Positions 47,498 through 60,056 of a stretch of DNA of 64,000 nt are shown here, one piece after another. The notes beneath the pieces were generated by a model, which saw only the letters and a program-made list of their open reading frames with translations, was not told the DNA's origin and did not search any database. The stretch lies in the NCBI RefSeq assembly GCF_032118995.1, contig NC_092655.1, positions 14,589,223 through 14,653,222 of the forward strand, given 5' to 3'. The stretch comes from Asterias amurensis. Taxonomy: Eukaryota. Made by a program: the position numbers and the translations under genes. Within the stretch, counting starts at the first letter, position 1. Every line of letters begins with the position of its first letter.

Positions 47498-48646
47498 GTG
47501 TAGATGTAGAATATTGACTCACTGCTTTGAATGCTGGTTTAAAACTACGGCTACCGAGGTGGTGCCAAGAGCGTAGGATGCTGTAAAAAAAAGCATTCAG
47601 TATTCTTTTGAGTACACAAGTTAACAAAATATCTCAAGTTAAATAATTATCTTCCGTATATAGAAGTTTTTGGCTTTGAACGGAGCGATGTGTTGTTTTC
47701 AACACTATGGCCAGAGCGTGCTCCTATGTCGTCAGGGGACTAAGGGTAATTAGAAATAGAAACAGCAGGAGTAACGTTCAGTTCCGGGAAGAGACGAGTG
47801 CCTGTTGAAAGTCATCATGTCTACTCAGATGACACGAGTCTATATGGACGAATACTAAACTCAGTGAGGTCCTCCAATCAGCTCCCTAAGGCCGGAGAGG
47901 TCAAACCACACTCTGGCCGTGTTTCAAATTGGCGGCTAGAGACACGGCTACGGCTAGATTTCAGCATCATCATGTAGCAGGTCCTTAAAAGCAACACCCG
48001 AAGCAAAAGTCGTAGCTGTAATTGTAGCTGCTAATTCGGACACACTCTGACGCTCGACACTGAAAACAGTAAAACGTTATCAAACATCACACCAACTGGC
48101 CAAACAACCGACGTTTCAAGAAGTCGCTGTTCATTTTCAATATCCCATTTTCACTTCTCATTTATCTTCAATTTCCATTGGAGCTATAGTAAACTTACTG
48201 GTACAACCATGTGTGAATCTCTTTTGTGTGAGTGTTCAGAACCGTTGTGGTCTCGACGTTTCGTCTTCAGGAGTTAAACACCGAGATCACGCGAGCCAAC
48301 ACTCACAAAACTCACTCTAACGTGGCATATTATTCAAACCATTCACACGAATATTTCGAAAATGTATCCCGCAGAAGGCTGTGTGCCAATGGCAGTTTAT
48401 AGAATCGTAAGGCTTTAAAAGAAATCCACCATCATCAGCAAGCAAACAAATAAATTCGTGTTTCTAATTGTAGAAAATTTCAAACACTGTGCTAGTCTTT
48501 TCGTTTTTGGATTTCCTGCTAAGACACAATTTCATTAAAGTCATTAGTTAATCATTGTTATGGGTGTTGCAGCCATGCAACATCGGAGCTGAAAATGGCG
48601 CTATCGGCGCTGTCAAACATTCAGAGAAAAAGTCAACTCCACGGTG

Positions 48647-48920
48647 ATTTAAAGGAACTGGACACGTTTTGTAATGGGAGACTTTGGAACGCTAGGTGGC
48701 AGCAGACTTAACAGACAAATGTCCATTGTTTACGTAGTTCTGAGCATGCGCACATTACCGAGAACAATGGATTTTACCTGGTAAGTCTGCTGCCACCAAG
48801 CGTCCCAAAAGTCTCCCACTGTCAAAGACAAGTTTTCTAACTGGGTGTATCCCAGCATATGCATAAAATAACAAATCGGTGAAAATTGTCCATACTCCGT
48901 GTGCTTTCAGATGCACAATA
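48647..48920 (+). mobile_element. MITE-A partial copy carrying a nested ~140 bp hairpin element at 48676-48817
   Basis: tttaaaggaactggacacgttttgtaat[gggagactttggaacgctaggtggcagcagactta...taagtctgctgccaccaagcgtcccaaaagtctccc]actgtcaaagacaagttttctaactgggtgtatcccagcatatgcataaaataacaaatc. Confidence 0.6.
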
Positions 48921-49148
48921 AAGGGCTTCAGTTAAACTATTTTATTAGTTTATCACTAAAAAAACCTGAACTTTACCCTTAAGCCCCCTTTCTACAAATG
49001 TATAACGATGCCTTAATAACGACTTGCGATTATAGTACAATTTCTTAAAGTGTTAAATTAAGGTTATTTTCTTCAATAATCTGGTTTTTGTGTGATTTTT
49101 AAATGTTTCAGTGCAGTATCCTTTTTTATATTGTATAATTATATTTTT

Positions 49149-49278
49149 ATCGTTGGCAGGGGTCTGGTTTTACACATCTTTTGATGACAGTTTTTATACT
49201 TTTGTTTTATCCTTGACAGCCCCTGTACAACTTGTAACTATTGTGTATGTCTCAAGATATAAAATAAACAAATAAATG
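49149..49278. repeat. 130 bp unit. Its inverted copy at 50150-50295 interrupts a MITE-A copy. Together they form inverted repeats flanking ~870 bp.
   Basis: cgttggcaggggtctggttttacacatcttttgatgacagtttttatacttttgttttatccttgacagcccctgtacaacttgtaactattgtgtatgt equals the reverse complement of 50185-50295. Confidence 0.7.
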
Positions 49279-49892
49279 GATACATTGGCATTTGGAGATA
49301 TGGTGAACACATTACAACTGTACTATACAGTTCTGCTAACTCTGTTTGTATGCATACACACATACCAACAAAATGCCATCATGTCTCAAATAAAGGTTAA
49401 TAATGGACTTTCATTCAAACTCATTTCATTAAATAGCTCCATCATCACGATGCAAATCCATCAAGCAGCTCCTTGGATTGTGGTTTTTTGCCTTGTTTTT
49501 CTCCCACGGGGCTAATGATCATTTTAACAACCGAATATCATCAGCATTATTAATTGAGTTAAAGCTTCTTTGAAAACGACTGAGTGCCGACTATATGCCA
49601 TTAAACGGCGTGGTATAGAGGCTTGCATTCCAGCTCAATTAATAATAATACACTCTGAAAAAAAGAAGTGCAAATGTTTACTCGGTAAAACTGCAGAGTA
49701 CAAATTTAATGTTGTGTAAATTTTGGTAAAGTGCTGGGTTACATTTTACAGAACTCTAAGGGTTGGAAAAAGTTGACAAAACTTGTGTGTCATGCTGGGA
49801 ACATGGTTAATTGTTTAAACACTATTTTTACTTTAAAATGGGCAAACGCTTTGTGAATTCTTAACCATCCTCCGTTGGGTATTTTTTTATAT

Positions 49893-50345
49893 GAAGGCAT
49901 GCGTTTGGTAATTGTCAAAGACCAGTATTCTCACTTGGTGTATCTCAACATAATTATGCATAGAATAACAAATCTGTGGACAATTTGGCTCAACTGGTCA
50001 TCGAAGTTGTAAAAGAAATAAAGACAGAAAACACCCTTGATGCACATTAATTGTGTATGCTTGAAGTCTTTTTCAGATTTAAATATTTTAGTGAGAAACT
50101 ACCTCTTTCCCCAAAACTACGTTACTCCAGAGGGAGTCCTCTCTCACAATATTATTTATTTATTTATTGATTTTAAATCTTTAGACATACACAATAGTTA
50201 CAAGTTGTACAGGGGCTGTCAAGGTTAAAACAAAAGTATAAAACTGTCATCAAAAGATGTGTATAACCAGACCCCTGCCAACGATAACATAATTATAAAG
50301 GAGGATTGCACTGAAATACATATTATGAGTAATTACCATACGTGT
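49893..50345 (+). mobile_element. MITE-A copy interrupted by a 130 bp inverted-repeat unit (50150-50295)
   Basis: 5' part ggcatgcgtttggtaattgtcaaagaccagtattctcacttggtgtatctcaacat... and 3' TIR gagtaattaccatacgtgtccaataccttgcctttaaagg, separated by a sequence that is the reverse complement of 49149-49278. Confidence 0.6.
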
Positions 50346-50357
50346 CCAATACCTTGC

Positions 50358-50797
50358 CTTTAAAGGATTCGGGTACTTTTTCAAAATGTCCACAGATTTA
50401 CATTAACACTTACAGGGTTTGAAGAGAATGATAGTGGAAAGCTTCCCTTCAAATATTACTAACTAAGGTTGTGTAGTTTTTGAGAAATGAGTAAAAGAAG
50501 TCACAAAATCATTTTCGTCTCATGAGACCAAAATGATTTTAGCATGTAAAATCCCCTTAACCAGTTATGATATTATACCAAAACCATAGCATAACTGGTT
50601 AATACGTTTTTTTTCATGCTAAAACTGAGCCGAAATTATTACTTTTACTCATTTCTCAAAAACTACAGCACCTCAGTAAGTAAAATTTCAAGGGAAGCTT
50701 TCTACTATCATAATCTTCAAACTGTGTAAGTTTAATGTAAATCTGTGGACATTGTGTTTTTTGTTAGGAAAAAGTACATCAATTTTTTAAACCTTCA
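50358..50797. mobile_element. Foldback/palindromic MITE ('FB-C') copy 2
   Basis: Same palindromic sequence as 990-1410 (gtccacagatttacattaacac...gggaagcttcc...ctgtggacattgtg), abutting a MITE-A terminus. Confidence 0.7.
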
Positions 50798-51624
50798 CCC
50801 ATTGAAAACATACTTTTGAAATTAACGGCAAATTCTGCTTCAAAGAAAGGTTCGACATGTCAAACAATAAGGGGCAATACGCATCGTTCATCAATATGCT
50901 GTGCACGTTCTTATTATGAGTAGAAAAAATCGATTCTTCAATTCATCTAACGAGTGAGGCTATTTCGCTAATTCAATTCATTTGATTCCCAAAATAGTAA
51001 CAGTTTAATTGACCCATTGGCCTGTCTCAGTGAATAATGATATCTTTTCAATACATATTGAAACTGTATGCTCTGTCTGTCAACCAAACAGTCAACATGA
51101 ATAATGCATGTAATACACTTTACTGACGTAGTTTATTATTTGTTTTACAACAGTGTAAAGTCACACGAGAGGGGATTTTCATTATTTGTTTATAATTACC
51201 AACATCTCAAATAAAATTTCTTATCAATTTTGTTCCCTCAAACAGAATAAAGGATGTTACATTTACATTGTGTGTAATCATACTGGGAAAAAAAACAAGA
51301 CATAAGGTGTACAAAACAACCCCATCAACCGATTATTGTGATGAAGATAAATTGATGGAAAGTCCAATATGTGACTTCATTAGGACTCGTGTAATTGAGT
51401 TGACCTATAGACCTAATACGTGAATGATAATGATAAATTGACGCACGTGCAAGCTCGCCGGTCCAACCAAAACAATTAGACGCAATTACGACACCAATTT
51501 ACAAAGCTTCGCTACGGGAGCAAAGTCTGCATTCTGCGATGTACTGTGGTGGGCAAATTAATGAGTAACTTGACCATGATGTCATTGTCAGTCAGGACTT
51601 CTTTCGATGGACGATCTTTATTTC

Positions 51625-52004
51625 CTAAAGGCACTGGCCACCTTTGGTAATTGTCAAATTCTCACTTGGTGTATCCAACATAAAATAACAAATCTGTGCA
51701 AAACTTGGGCTCAATTATAATCATCGAATTGCAAGAAAAGGGGGGGGGGGGAATACACCCTTGTTGCACAATTTGTGTGCTTTCAGATGCCTAAAAAGGG
51801 TTTCATGCCTGAAGTCTTTTAATATTTGAGGGTGAAATTACCTCTTTCTCAAAAACTATACGTTACTTCAGATGGAGCCGTTTCTCACAATGTTTTATAA
51901 TAATATACTATAGTAGGTGAGCCTCCCAATTGTTGATTACCAAATAAGTTGTTATGATAACAATTTCTGTGAGTAATTACCAATAGTGTTCAGTGCCTTT
52001 AAAT
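51625..52004 (+). mobile_element. MITE-A copy (poly-G replaces the internal A-tract)
   Basis: cctaaaggcactggccacctttggtaattgtcaaattctcacttggtgtatccaacataaaataacaaatctgtg...gcaagaaaaggggggggggggaatacaccc...gagtaattaccaatagtgttcagtgcctttaaa. Confidence 0.7.
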
Positions 52005-52123
52005 GAGTATGCAGGATTGGTAAGGGCAAAACACACTGGTTAAGTTTAATCTGAAAGCTAATACTGATAATACGAAGTTCATACTCGAAATATAGTGATT
52101 ATGTGAAATATTTCCCTCTGAAA

Positions 52124-52507
52124 TTAAAGACAGTGGACACTATTGGTAATTGTTAAAGACTAGTCTTCACAGTTGGTGTATCTCAACATATCCATAAAAT
52201 AACAAACCTGTGAAAATTTGAGCTCAATCGGTCGTTGAAGTGGCGAGATAATAATTAAAGAAAAACACCCTTGTCACGCGAAGTTGTGTGCTTTCTGATG
52301 CTTGATTTCGAGAGCTCAAATTTTAAACTTGAGGTCTCGAAATCAAATTCGTGGAAAAGTACTTCTTTCTCGAAAACTACGTCATTTCAGAGAGAGCTGT
52401 TTCTCACAATGTTTTATACTATCAACCTCTCCCCATTACTCGTAATCAAGAAAGGTTTTATGATGATAATTATTTTGTGTAATTACCAATAGTGTCCACT
52501 GCCTTTA
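52124..52507 (+). mobile_element. MITE-A full-length copy
   Basis: attaaagacagtggacactattggtaattgttaaagactagtcttcacagttgg...gtgtaattaccaatagtgtccactgcctttac. Confidence 0.8.
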
Positions 52508-53192
52508 CGTGATATTCGAGAAAAATTTATCTGAAAACCTTATTAAAAAATGCAACAGCTGATATCTAAGGACATTTTTAAAGCGACATAGGGATGGTAA
52601 ACAAGAAATCTGGAAGTAATCTTTGTTCGAACACAAGTAGTCTTAGTTCGAACGAAAAATTTTGGTTCAGAAATGAGGATCTTCACAAGGAGGCAGGAGA
52701 GTAAATGTAGGGAAACACAATATACGAATCTTCTGTCTGACATGGATCTTATCTTCCCTGGGTTCTTACTAAACTTAGCAAAAGATCATCATCAATTAAT
52801 GGAAGGAATTTATTTTTAAATCATCACAAAATCTAACTTAGACATGCCAGTAATGGTGTAAAAGATGGACTTGGGTTTCCTATCCATTTAGATTTAACAG
52901 TTAGTCCATTCGCATTCTTGTTTTTATTTTAAATAAAGGACATTTTTTCCATGACAAGTTTGCAAGACAGGTTTTCAAAAAATAACATTATACACAACGA
53001 GGGAGGCATATACACATGGTATTACCGCAAAACTGAAAAAAAAACCAAAAAAAACATCCATTTTGTCTTGTTGCTCCACCTTGTTGCCGTGGATATAGGT
53101 CTAAACCGGAAGGAGACTGTTGTTCTAACCGATATAACTCGAGCACACTTCAGTTCTCATTTATCACGTGACTGATCTCGCATATGAAATTC

Positions 53193-53437
53193 AGGGCCCA
53201 ATTTCATAGAGCTGCTAAGCACAAAAGTTTGCTTTGCATGAAATTTCTCCCTTGATAAAAACAGGATAACCGACCGAATTTCCTCGTGATTTTCAGGATA
53301 ATCAAACAACAGCTGAATACCAGTAACGAGCAATACGCGACAAATGGAAATTTGGTTAGTAATCCTGTTTTAATCAAGGAAGAAATTTCATGCTAAGCAA
53401 ATTTGTGTGCTTAGCAGCTCTATGAAATTGGGCCCTG
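53193..53437. mobile_element. MITE-G (~245 bp), TIR cagggcccaatttcatagagctgctaagca
   Basis: cagggcccaatttcatagagctgctaagcacaaaag...tgcttagcagctctatgaaattgggccctg. Related copies and fragments at 27502-27655, 19335-19525, 2291-2575, 40861-40995, 38770-38850 and 15000-15090. Confidence 0.7.
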
Positions 53438-53525
53438 ATGGTAGGGCCATGGAGCTATAGGTCTATTTAGCCTCATGCACTCGCTCCTCTCTTGTTCATC
53501 TCTAGTTATTTATTTGTAATTTGCT

Positions 53526-53878
53526 TTAAAGGCAGTGGACACTATTGTTGTATATATATCAATTATATAAAACCTTACTTGGTAACGCGTAATGGGGAGC
53601 TGTTGATAGTATAAAACATTGTGACAAAAAAGCTCCCTCTGAAGTAACGTAGTTTCGAGAAAGAAGTAATTTTTCACGAATTTGATTTCGAGACCTCACA
53701 TTTAGACCTTGAGGTTTCGAAATCAAGCATCTAAACGCACACAACTTCGTGAGACAAGGGTGTTTTTTTCTTTCATTATTATCTCGCAACTTCGACGACC
53801 AATTGAGCTCAAATTGTCAAAGGTTTGTTATTTTATGTACATGTTGAGATACACCAAGTGAGAAGACTGATCGTTGAC
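53526..53878 (-). mobile_element. MITE-A copy (3' end diverged)
   Basis: ctttaaaggcagtggacactattgttgtatatatatcaattatataaaaccttacttggtaacgcg...gtttgttattttatgtacatgttgagatacaccaagtgagaagactgatcgttgac. Confidence 0.7.
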
Positions 53879-53921
53879 TTTTCAGAAAAAGTATGGAATA
53901 AACATCAGACTGAATTTCTTT

Positions 53922-54070
53922 TAGTTAAGTGCACTGGGTTCTTTTACATGCGTTACACAACACATGGAACCAACGGCTTTACGTCCCATCCGAAGGACGA
54001 AGCAATGGTTAAGTGTCTTGCCTAAGGACACAAGTGTCACGGCTGGGGATTCGAACCCACACTCTGTGAG
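53922..54070 (-). mobile_element. SINE-like copy (same family as 45110-45292)
   Basis: gtgcactgggttcttttacatgcgttacacaacacatggaaccaacggctttacgtcccatccgaaggacgaagcaatggttaagtgtcttgcctaaggacacaagtgtcacggctggggattcgaacccacactctg. Confidence 0.5.
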
Positions 54071-56587
54071 AAAAAAATACAGATAGGTAACTGGGTGGGA
54101 ATTTTAAGACGAACGTCTACAGTGGTTAATCATCTATTTGTTCGATGTGCGTGTAGGGCCTACGTGTCGTTTGCAATGCGTGACTTCAGGTACTTGGACA
54201 GGATTAGAGACTTCGATTACAACCAACACTGCAGTAATATCAACACGTTGATTAGATTGGTTTGGCAAAGTTACCACACGCCGACACATGTGTAGGTCTG
54301 TGATTCTGTGATGCACTCACTCTGTGGACTTTCCTTAAATTTGTCCTGTACACTTTAAGCAAAATCCTATTCCTCAACACTATACAAAACACTGTATGGA
54401 CGTGTGTACGTCCACATAGTGTTTCAAGTCCCTACATAACGTTGACCAGTTTTATTCTCATGCAGGGCCACTGTCTTAAAACACCCCGGCATAGTTTGTG
54501 GCATGAGACTTGAACGGTGACTGGTTCCAACGCAGCGTGTACACGCGTGCACTTTTCAAAATCAAAGATGGTGGTCAATGACGTAATTTTGCAGCCAATC
54601 TATTAAACGTAGACACATCTTGTAACTAACATTTCACCATAAGGTCCATTCAAACATATGAAGTTTGCTATGTATAATTTATTTTGCTATAAGTTTAGAC
54701 TGAGTTAATACTTCCTTGAAAGGGATTTTTGATTGCGGTTTCAGCATTATAGCACGTAGAATGCACGGCAGGGAGAAGTTCTTCTTTCAATGGGTGTCTG
54801 TACCAAACACTCTTTACACTGCACACAAAGCTCTTGTGGGGAGATCTCTCTGTTTGCAGTTAGGACCTTTCCTTTTTGCCTTATTGGGGGGGGGGGTCTC
54901 CATGGTGGATAGATTATATTTCACGTGACGTCATTGGCCGCCATCTTTGATAACAACAAACAATGGAAACGTGCACGCGTTTACGCGCAGCTCATGACTC
55001 TTAGCCAGTGATAGCCTTTCACGAGAGCATGTTTCATCAAAGATGGCGGCCGATGTTAGGGGTCTACAATACCGAATAGTAAAGTGGCATTCGGATCCAC
55101 TCATTCAGAGCATCAGAGCATGGCACCAACGAATGCATAAGACAAACCCATCTCTTAAACAGATCGATATCTTCTTCAAGACAAAACGCCGTGAAATCTC
55201 AAAACTAAGTGCTCATACAATTTTGGTTTTGTTAAAAACTAAATACTGTTGCCGTGTTTGTGTATGCCCTACGGTATCAAAGGTACTAAATGAGTCAACC
55301 AGGTGCATTCTGAACAAGGATCGATAGCCAATGAACTATACAATGACAGAGTGTAAATAAATACCTCACTTCAGCCGATACTTTGCCATGTAAAAAACAG
55401 ATGTTCCATGGCTGTGGTTCTCGTGGGATCACGAGTTCATATCCACGCTTTATCTTAAAGGTAGAATCATCATTTGGATTTGTCAACGTTATGTTGATTT
55501 ATACAGACACAATTATCAAGAAAGATACACTTCAAGGCACCTGTGAAAGTTGTAGCTGAATACAGTGTCTACGTGCTGAGAAAAAGACAGTAAAATGTCT
55601 CGTAGTATTTCACTCAAGAATTACGATATTGACACGTTTAGCGCGTCGACAGTGTGTACCACCGTAGTACTCACAAACAAATACCGTGAAAAGCTATAAA
55701 GATCTCTAAGCTTTGAAACTTCATAAAATTGTAGGCCTCTATATAAACGAAGTGTAAACATGTAAAAACTGAAAACTATTTATATGAAAGAAAGTTGTTT
55801 TGTTCACTGTGTGTCAGTTCGTGGCATCGGTGACAAAATAGATTAGAATAGAGTCTTCAATAAACCTATTTACAGCCGGTAATTTTAGTATTTCCCAACA
55901 AACAGAATATTTAAGACACTCAAATAATATTTTAAAATCATGGCTGATGGTTCATTTGTCTTTCCCGATACCATTTCACCATTGGCTGAATTTGGCGTGT
56001 GTGTTATGATTAATGAGTCCACGCCATTTTGTTTTATAGAGCGTCATCGAACTTGCAACACAATCAGTTTCATTATCAAACTCCCGAAAAACTCCAAGAA
56101 TAAATCACCAGGTTCTTATCAAATTCATTTTTTTTGTCTCAAGACGTGTTTGTTAGGGAGGCTTATACTGCATTTACATACTGTTTATGGAGCTGGGGCA
56201 GGCTACATTAGCCGCAAAACAGATAACCTTTGGAGCTCAGCAATCTATCACTGATAGACATCACGTGGGAATAAACGGAGAGGAGAGCGCGAGAGAAAAG
56301 ATGGAGAGACGAACTGCAACAATAATGGGGATAGCCGAAATTGGTACCAACAATCACAAAATAGAGACATTGGGAGATCATGCAGTAGGTCAGCAATGGC
56401 TGACAAATCAAAACCAAAATCAACTTTCTGAACCATGCAAAACCTAAACCCATCTACTTAGAGATTCACAAATACTGGATGTTTTAAACGTAACAAACGT
56501 GTAAAAAGAAAACATAACTTCACATTACTATAAGCCTCACATACGGCCATATTGACCCAATTCACAGTACGTCATCAACCTCAATTA

Positions 56588-56745
56588 TAGCCTTTTTGTC
56601 AAGGCCTTCGTCGCTTGGAGAGCCGCGATTCCAAGTGACTGGAACGGGAGACCACGCACTTTAGTAACGAAGCATGCCTAGTCTCCCATTCCAGTCGATG
56701 TAATCACGGCTCCCCAAGCCACACGAATGCCTTGACAAAAGGCTA
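56588..56745. mobile_element. ~160 bp hairpin MITE (TIR tagcctttttgtcaaggc)
   Basis: tagcctttttgtcaaggccttcgtcgcttggagagccg...cggctccccaagccacacgaatgccttgacaaaaggcta. Confidence 0.6.
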
Positions 56746-56980
56746 CCCAAATTCATCTCTATCGTGCCTTTTCCAAAGTCCGTCTACTATGCAGCGCGAT
56801 TGGGTATGCAAAACGCGTGCGATTAGACGCGCACCATTATGTTTTACACGCATTTTGACTCCGAAGTGGTAGACCACTATAGCATGCAAGGTCAGAGAGT
56901 AGTTAAATGTGTTGTTCCAGCCAGCGCAAGTTGGTCGTTTTTGTACATTAAAAGGCCAGTCAACCAATTTCACGAAACTA

Positions 56981-57120
56981 TGGTGGCCCTGAAGGGACAT
57001 TGAACATATATATCTACGTGAATATTGACGTAAATATTTGCGATTTAGGGCAAAGTCCATGAATATTGACGTCAATATTCACGTAAATATATATGTTCAA
57101 TGTCCCTTCAGGGCCACCAT
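56981..57120. mobile_element. 140 bp palindromic hairpin element, abutting a MITE-H fragment (57117-57245)
   Basis: tggtggccctgaagggacattgaacatatatatctacgtgaatattgacgtaaatatttgcg...acgtcaatattcacgtaaatatatatgttcaatgtcccttcagggccaccat. Confidence 0.7.
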
Positions 57121-57261
57121 ACGAAACGCTAGGATTAATCCTATCTCGAGTTAGGACGAGCAACTCGTCCTAACTAGGATGGGTTCAATGCGTCCAAGGT
57201 CCTTAAACGTCTATGGTTACGGAATTTAACTCGCCCTACTCCTCTCATAGGAAGAGTTTGG

Positions 57262-57567
57262 TATAGACGGATGGACATCTTTGGTAATTGTCAAAGACCA
57301 GTAATTTTTACTTGGCGTATCGCAACATTATGCATCAAACAAATCTGAGAAAATTTTTACTCGAATGATCATCGAAGTTGCAATAGAATAATGAAAGAAA
57401 AAATACACTTGTTGCATGTGTGTGCTTTCAGCTGCCCAAAAAGGGCTTCCGGCCTTAAAACTTTTAATATTTGAGTGAGAAATTGCCTCTTTTTATCAAA
57501 AGCTCTCAACATGCTCGTTACCAAGTGATCATTTTGAGTAATTGCCAATAGTGTCCAGTGCCTTTAA
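57262..57567 (+). mobile_element. MITE-A copy with an internal deletion
   Basis: gacggatggacatctttggtaattgtcaaagaccagtaatttttacttggcgtatcgcaacat...gagtaattgccaatagtgtccagtgcctttaagg. Confidence 0.7.
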
Positions 57568-59698
57568 GGCCCATGCCACATAAAGCAACGTACAGGCCTT
57601 ATAGTGATTAACCAAAAAGGCTGCACCACTTCTCAACCATATCTTTGGAGCAAACATCAAAGAACTTAATTTTTACAGCTCACACCATCAAGAGTTTCTA
57701 TGAACAAGGGGTGGAAGAAAAAACCCAACAATGTGAACAACTAAAAGGAAAATGGTGATAACAATCAGTCAACGCATGCATTTTGTTGACAATCCAGTCA
57801 GTGAGTGTTTTTGAACTGTACTAAAAGACCCAATTTAACTTCTTCCCCCCTCAAACCAAATCCAATATTTCGGATGGAAAACAATATTTTGCTCTGCTTC
57901 GGCCCGGGTGCATAATTGGCGATAGTTGATGGGGAGATGATTCGCCGGGTATCTCGTCTCAGTCTCCCGGCATTTGGTTGGCGACTACTTCACCCCCTTC
58001 GGTCTTTCTCGGCTGATCAAGATTACCATCTTGGATGTTTTTCACGATCTAAGAATGTAGACTACTATAAGCAGATCACTCGTGGGTGGGGTGCAGGCGG
58101 CAAGATGAATTGATCAACACTATCTACTCAGAGACGAAACCTCCAAGAAGAAAAAAAAGCCGATGAAAACAAGGGAAGAGGAAAAGAAAACCAAGAGGCT
58201 CTTTCATTTACTTCCTTCATCCTGGAGGCAAGCGAAGCCATGATCCTCTTAATTGAAGTACCCTTTTCACGCTGTTAGGAGAGCGGACTTAAGAAAGTAG
58301 GAAAATTAAAATCTAGTTGTATATGTATAATCATTACCGTACTCTTTACACAAGGTATAAGAAGTCACTGAAGATGCCGAGGGCAACATACTTTGTCTAT
58401 GAAGAAATTTGCCAAGAGAACTGGCCGTTGAAGATCGATAACGTACGACTAGTTTACCGGGACTGCGTCGCTGTCTCCAGGCGTTGACTGACGACTGCAA
58501 AAGGTCATGGCATCGGGAAGTGTTCATTCCCCAGTATTTGCCCTAGATGTGTATTTTCAACAGAGGGAGACTCTTAAACCATTGGAAGATATACAAATTT
58601 GAAATTTTTGCTTTTTCTGCGCCAAATATTAACCCAATTTCCCTGAAATACTGTGTTTAAATTATTGCCGAGAAATGACGGGGATAAACTTAGAAAGATT
58701 ACCGGATTCCAAATCAATTCTGATCTTTCAGTTTTGAGAAATTTCATTGTGCGATCGGCACAGAGGAAAAGAAAACAAAAAAGGCGCAACATCAAAATAA
58801 ATTCACCTCGTCCACGTACTACCTCTAAATAATACAACTGCATGGAAACTCAGAAGAGTCAAACGCGAACAAGTGCTGGAATGTTCCCATCCACCTATTA
58901 AGTCTATTCCTTTGGTTCGGTATAGTAATTGTGCACGTCAAAGTAAACAGTTCCAACCGTAGAGATAACACACCTCTGTATAGAAGCCCTCCAATCTATG
59001 GTGTCTCTTTCATCAGCTATCGCACCCAGTGATACCTTCTGCTGTAAGTATATATATACAGCCGACAGACAAGTGTACGTTTACAAAGCTATAGGATCAA
59101 TGCGTACATAAGCTCGCTGTAGCCTGTACCATGAAGGGCAACTACAAATCAAATTGGATTGCAGCGGTAGTAAAGCTAAACTTATTTATAAAATCGTACT
59201 AGACGGCTGGCACTGTATGCAATAAAGTGGGCGCTGGGCGGCAGACAAAATTTTCTTTCGGCAAAAAAAGAAAAAGACGTTTATTACAAATCTCATTTCA
59301 ACAGTAAAGGCTCATTCGCCGGCCTTATATGTGCTTGAGCCGTGTTATCATGCGAGTTGCTAATACTCATAACAACTACCGACGCTGCAAGGTTTAATGG
59401 ATTTTCGATTTTCAGAGAGATATGAGTTTGGTTCAGTCAGCGCTTTCTCAACAAGTCTTTTTCATCTTTGGTCTGAAGACGTTATCAACCTACGATGGCG
59501 CCAACTTGTTCACAACACCACTTTACTTAAAGTTACTGTTTTCGGTTTGTTTCTCAACAACCTTTTGATAAATTGTCCGCAACACTCGACACTCACAGAG
59601 TGTAGCAATCTTACGTTTAGATGATGTAAAACTGGCTGTATAGTTGAGAATTTGTCATTGTCTTCCGCCGCTACTGTCGTGTAGCGTCGTTGAAATGG

Positions 59699-60056
59699 CT
59701 TTAAAGGCATTGGACACCTTTGATTCTTGTCAAAGACCAGTAGTTCCACTTGGTTTGTCCCAACATTGAAGTGTAACAATTTGGGCTCAATTGGTCATTG
59801 ATTTTGCAAAAGAATCATGAAAGAAAAAACTCCATTGTTGCTACTTTGTGGGCTTTCAGATGCATAATAAAAAGCTTCATGTGAAGTATTTCATTTGTTT
59901 GAGAAATGTATACCCTTTCTCAAAAGTTACGCTACTTTAGAGGGAGCCGTTGCTCACTATGTTTTGTACTAACAGCTCTCCATTGCTCGTTACCAAGTAA
60001 GTTTTTATGCTAACGATTTTTTTGAGTAATTACCAATAGTGTCCAATGCCTTTAAG
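59699..60056 (+). mobile_element. MITE-A copy
   Basis: ctttaaaggcattggacacctttgattcttgtcaaagaccagtagttccacttgg...gagtaattaccaatagtgtccaatgcctttaag. Confidence 0.75.

Noticed and set aside
56525-56560. 5S rRNA-like start (catacggccatat)
   Set aside because: Only an 11 nt resemblance to the 5S 5' end (gcctacggccatac). The downstream sequence does not match 5S.
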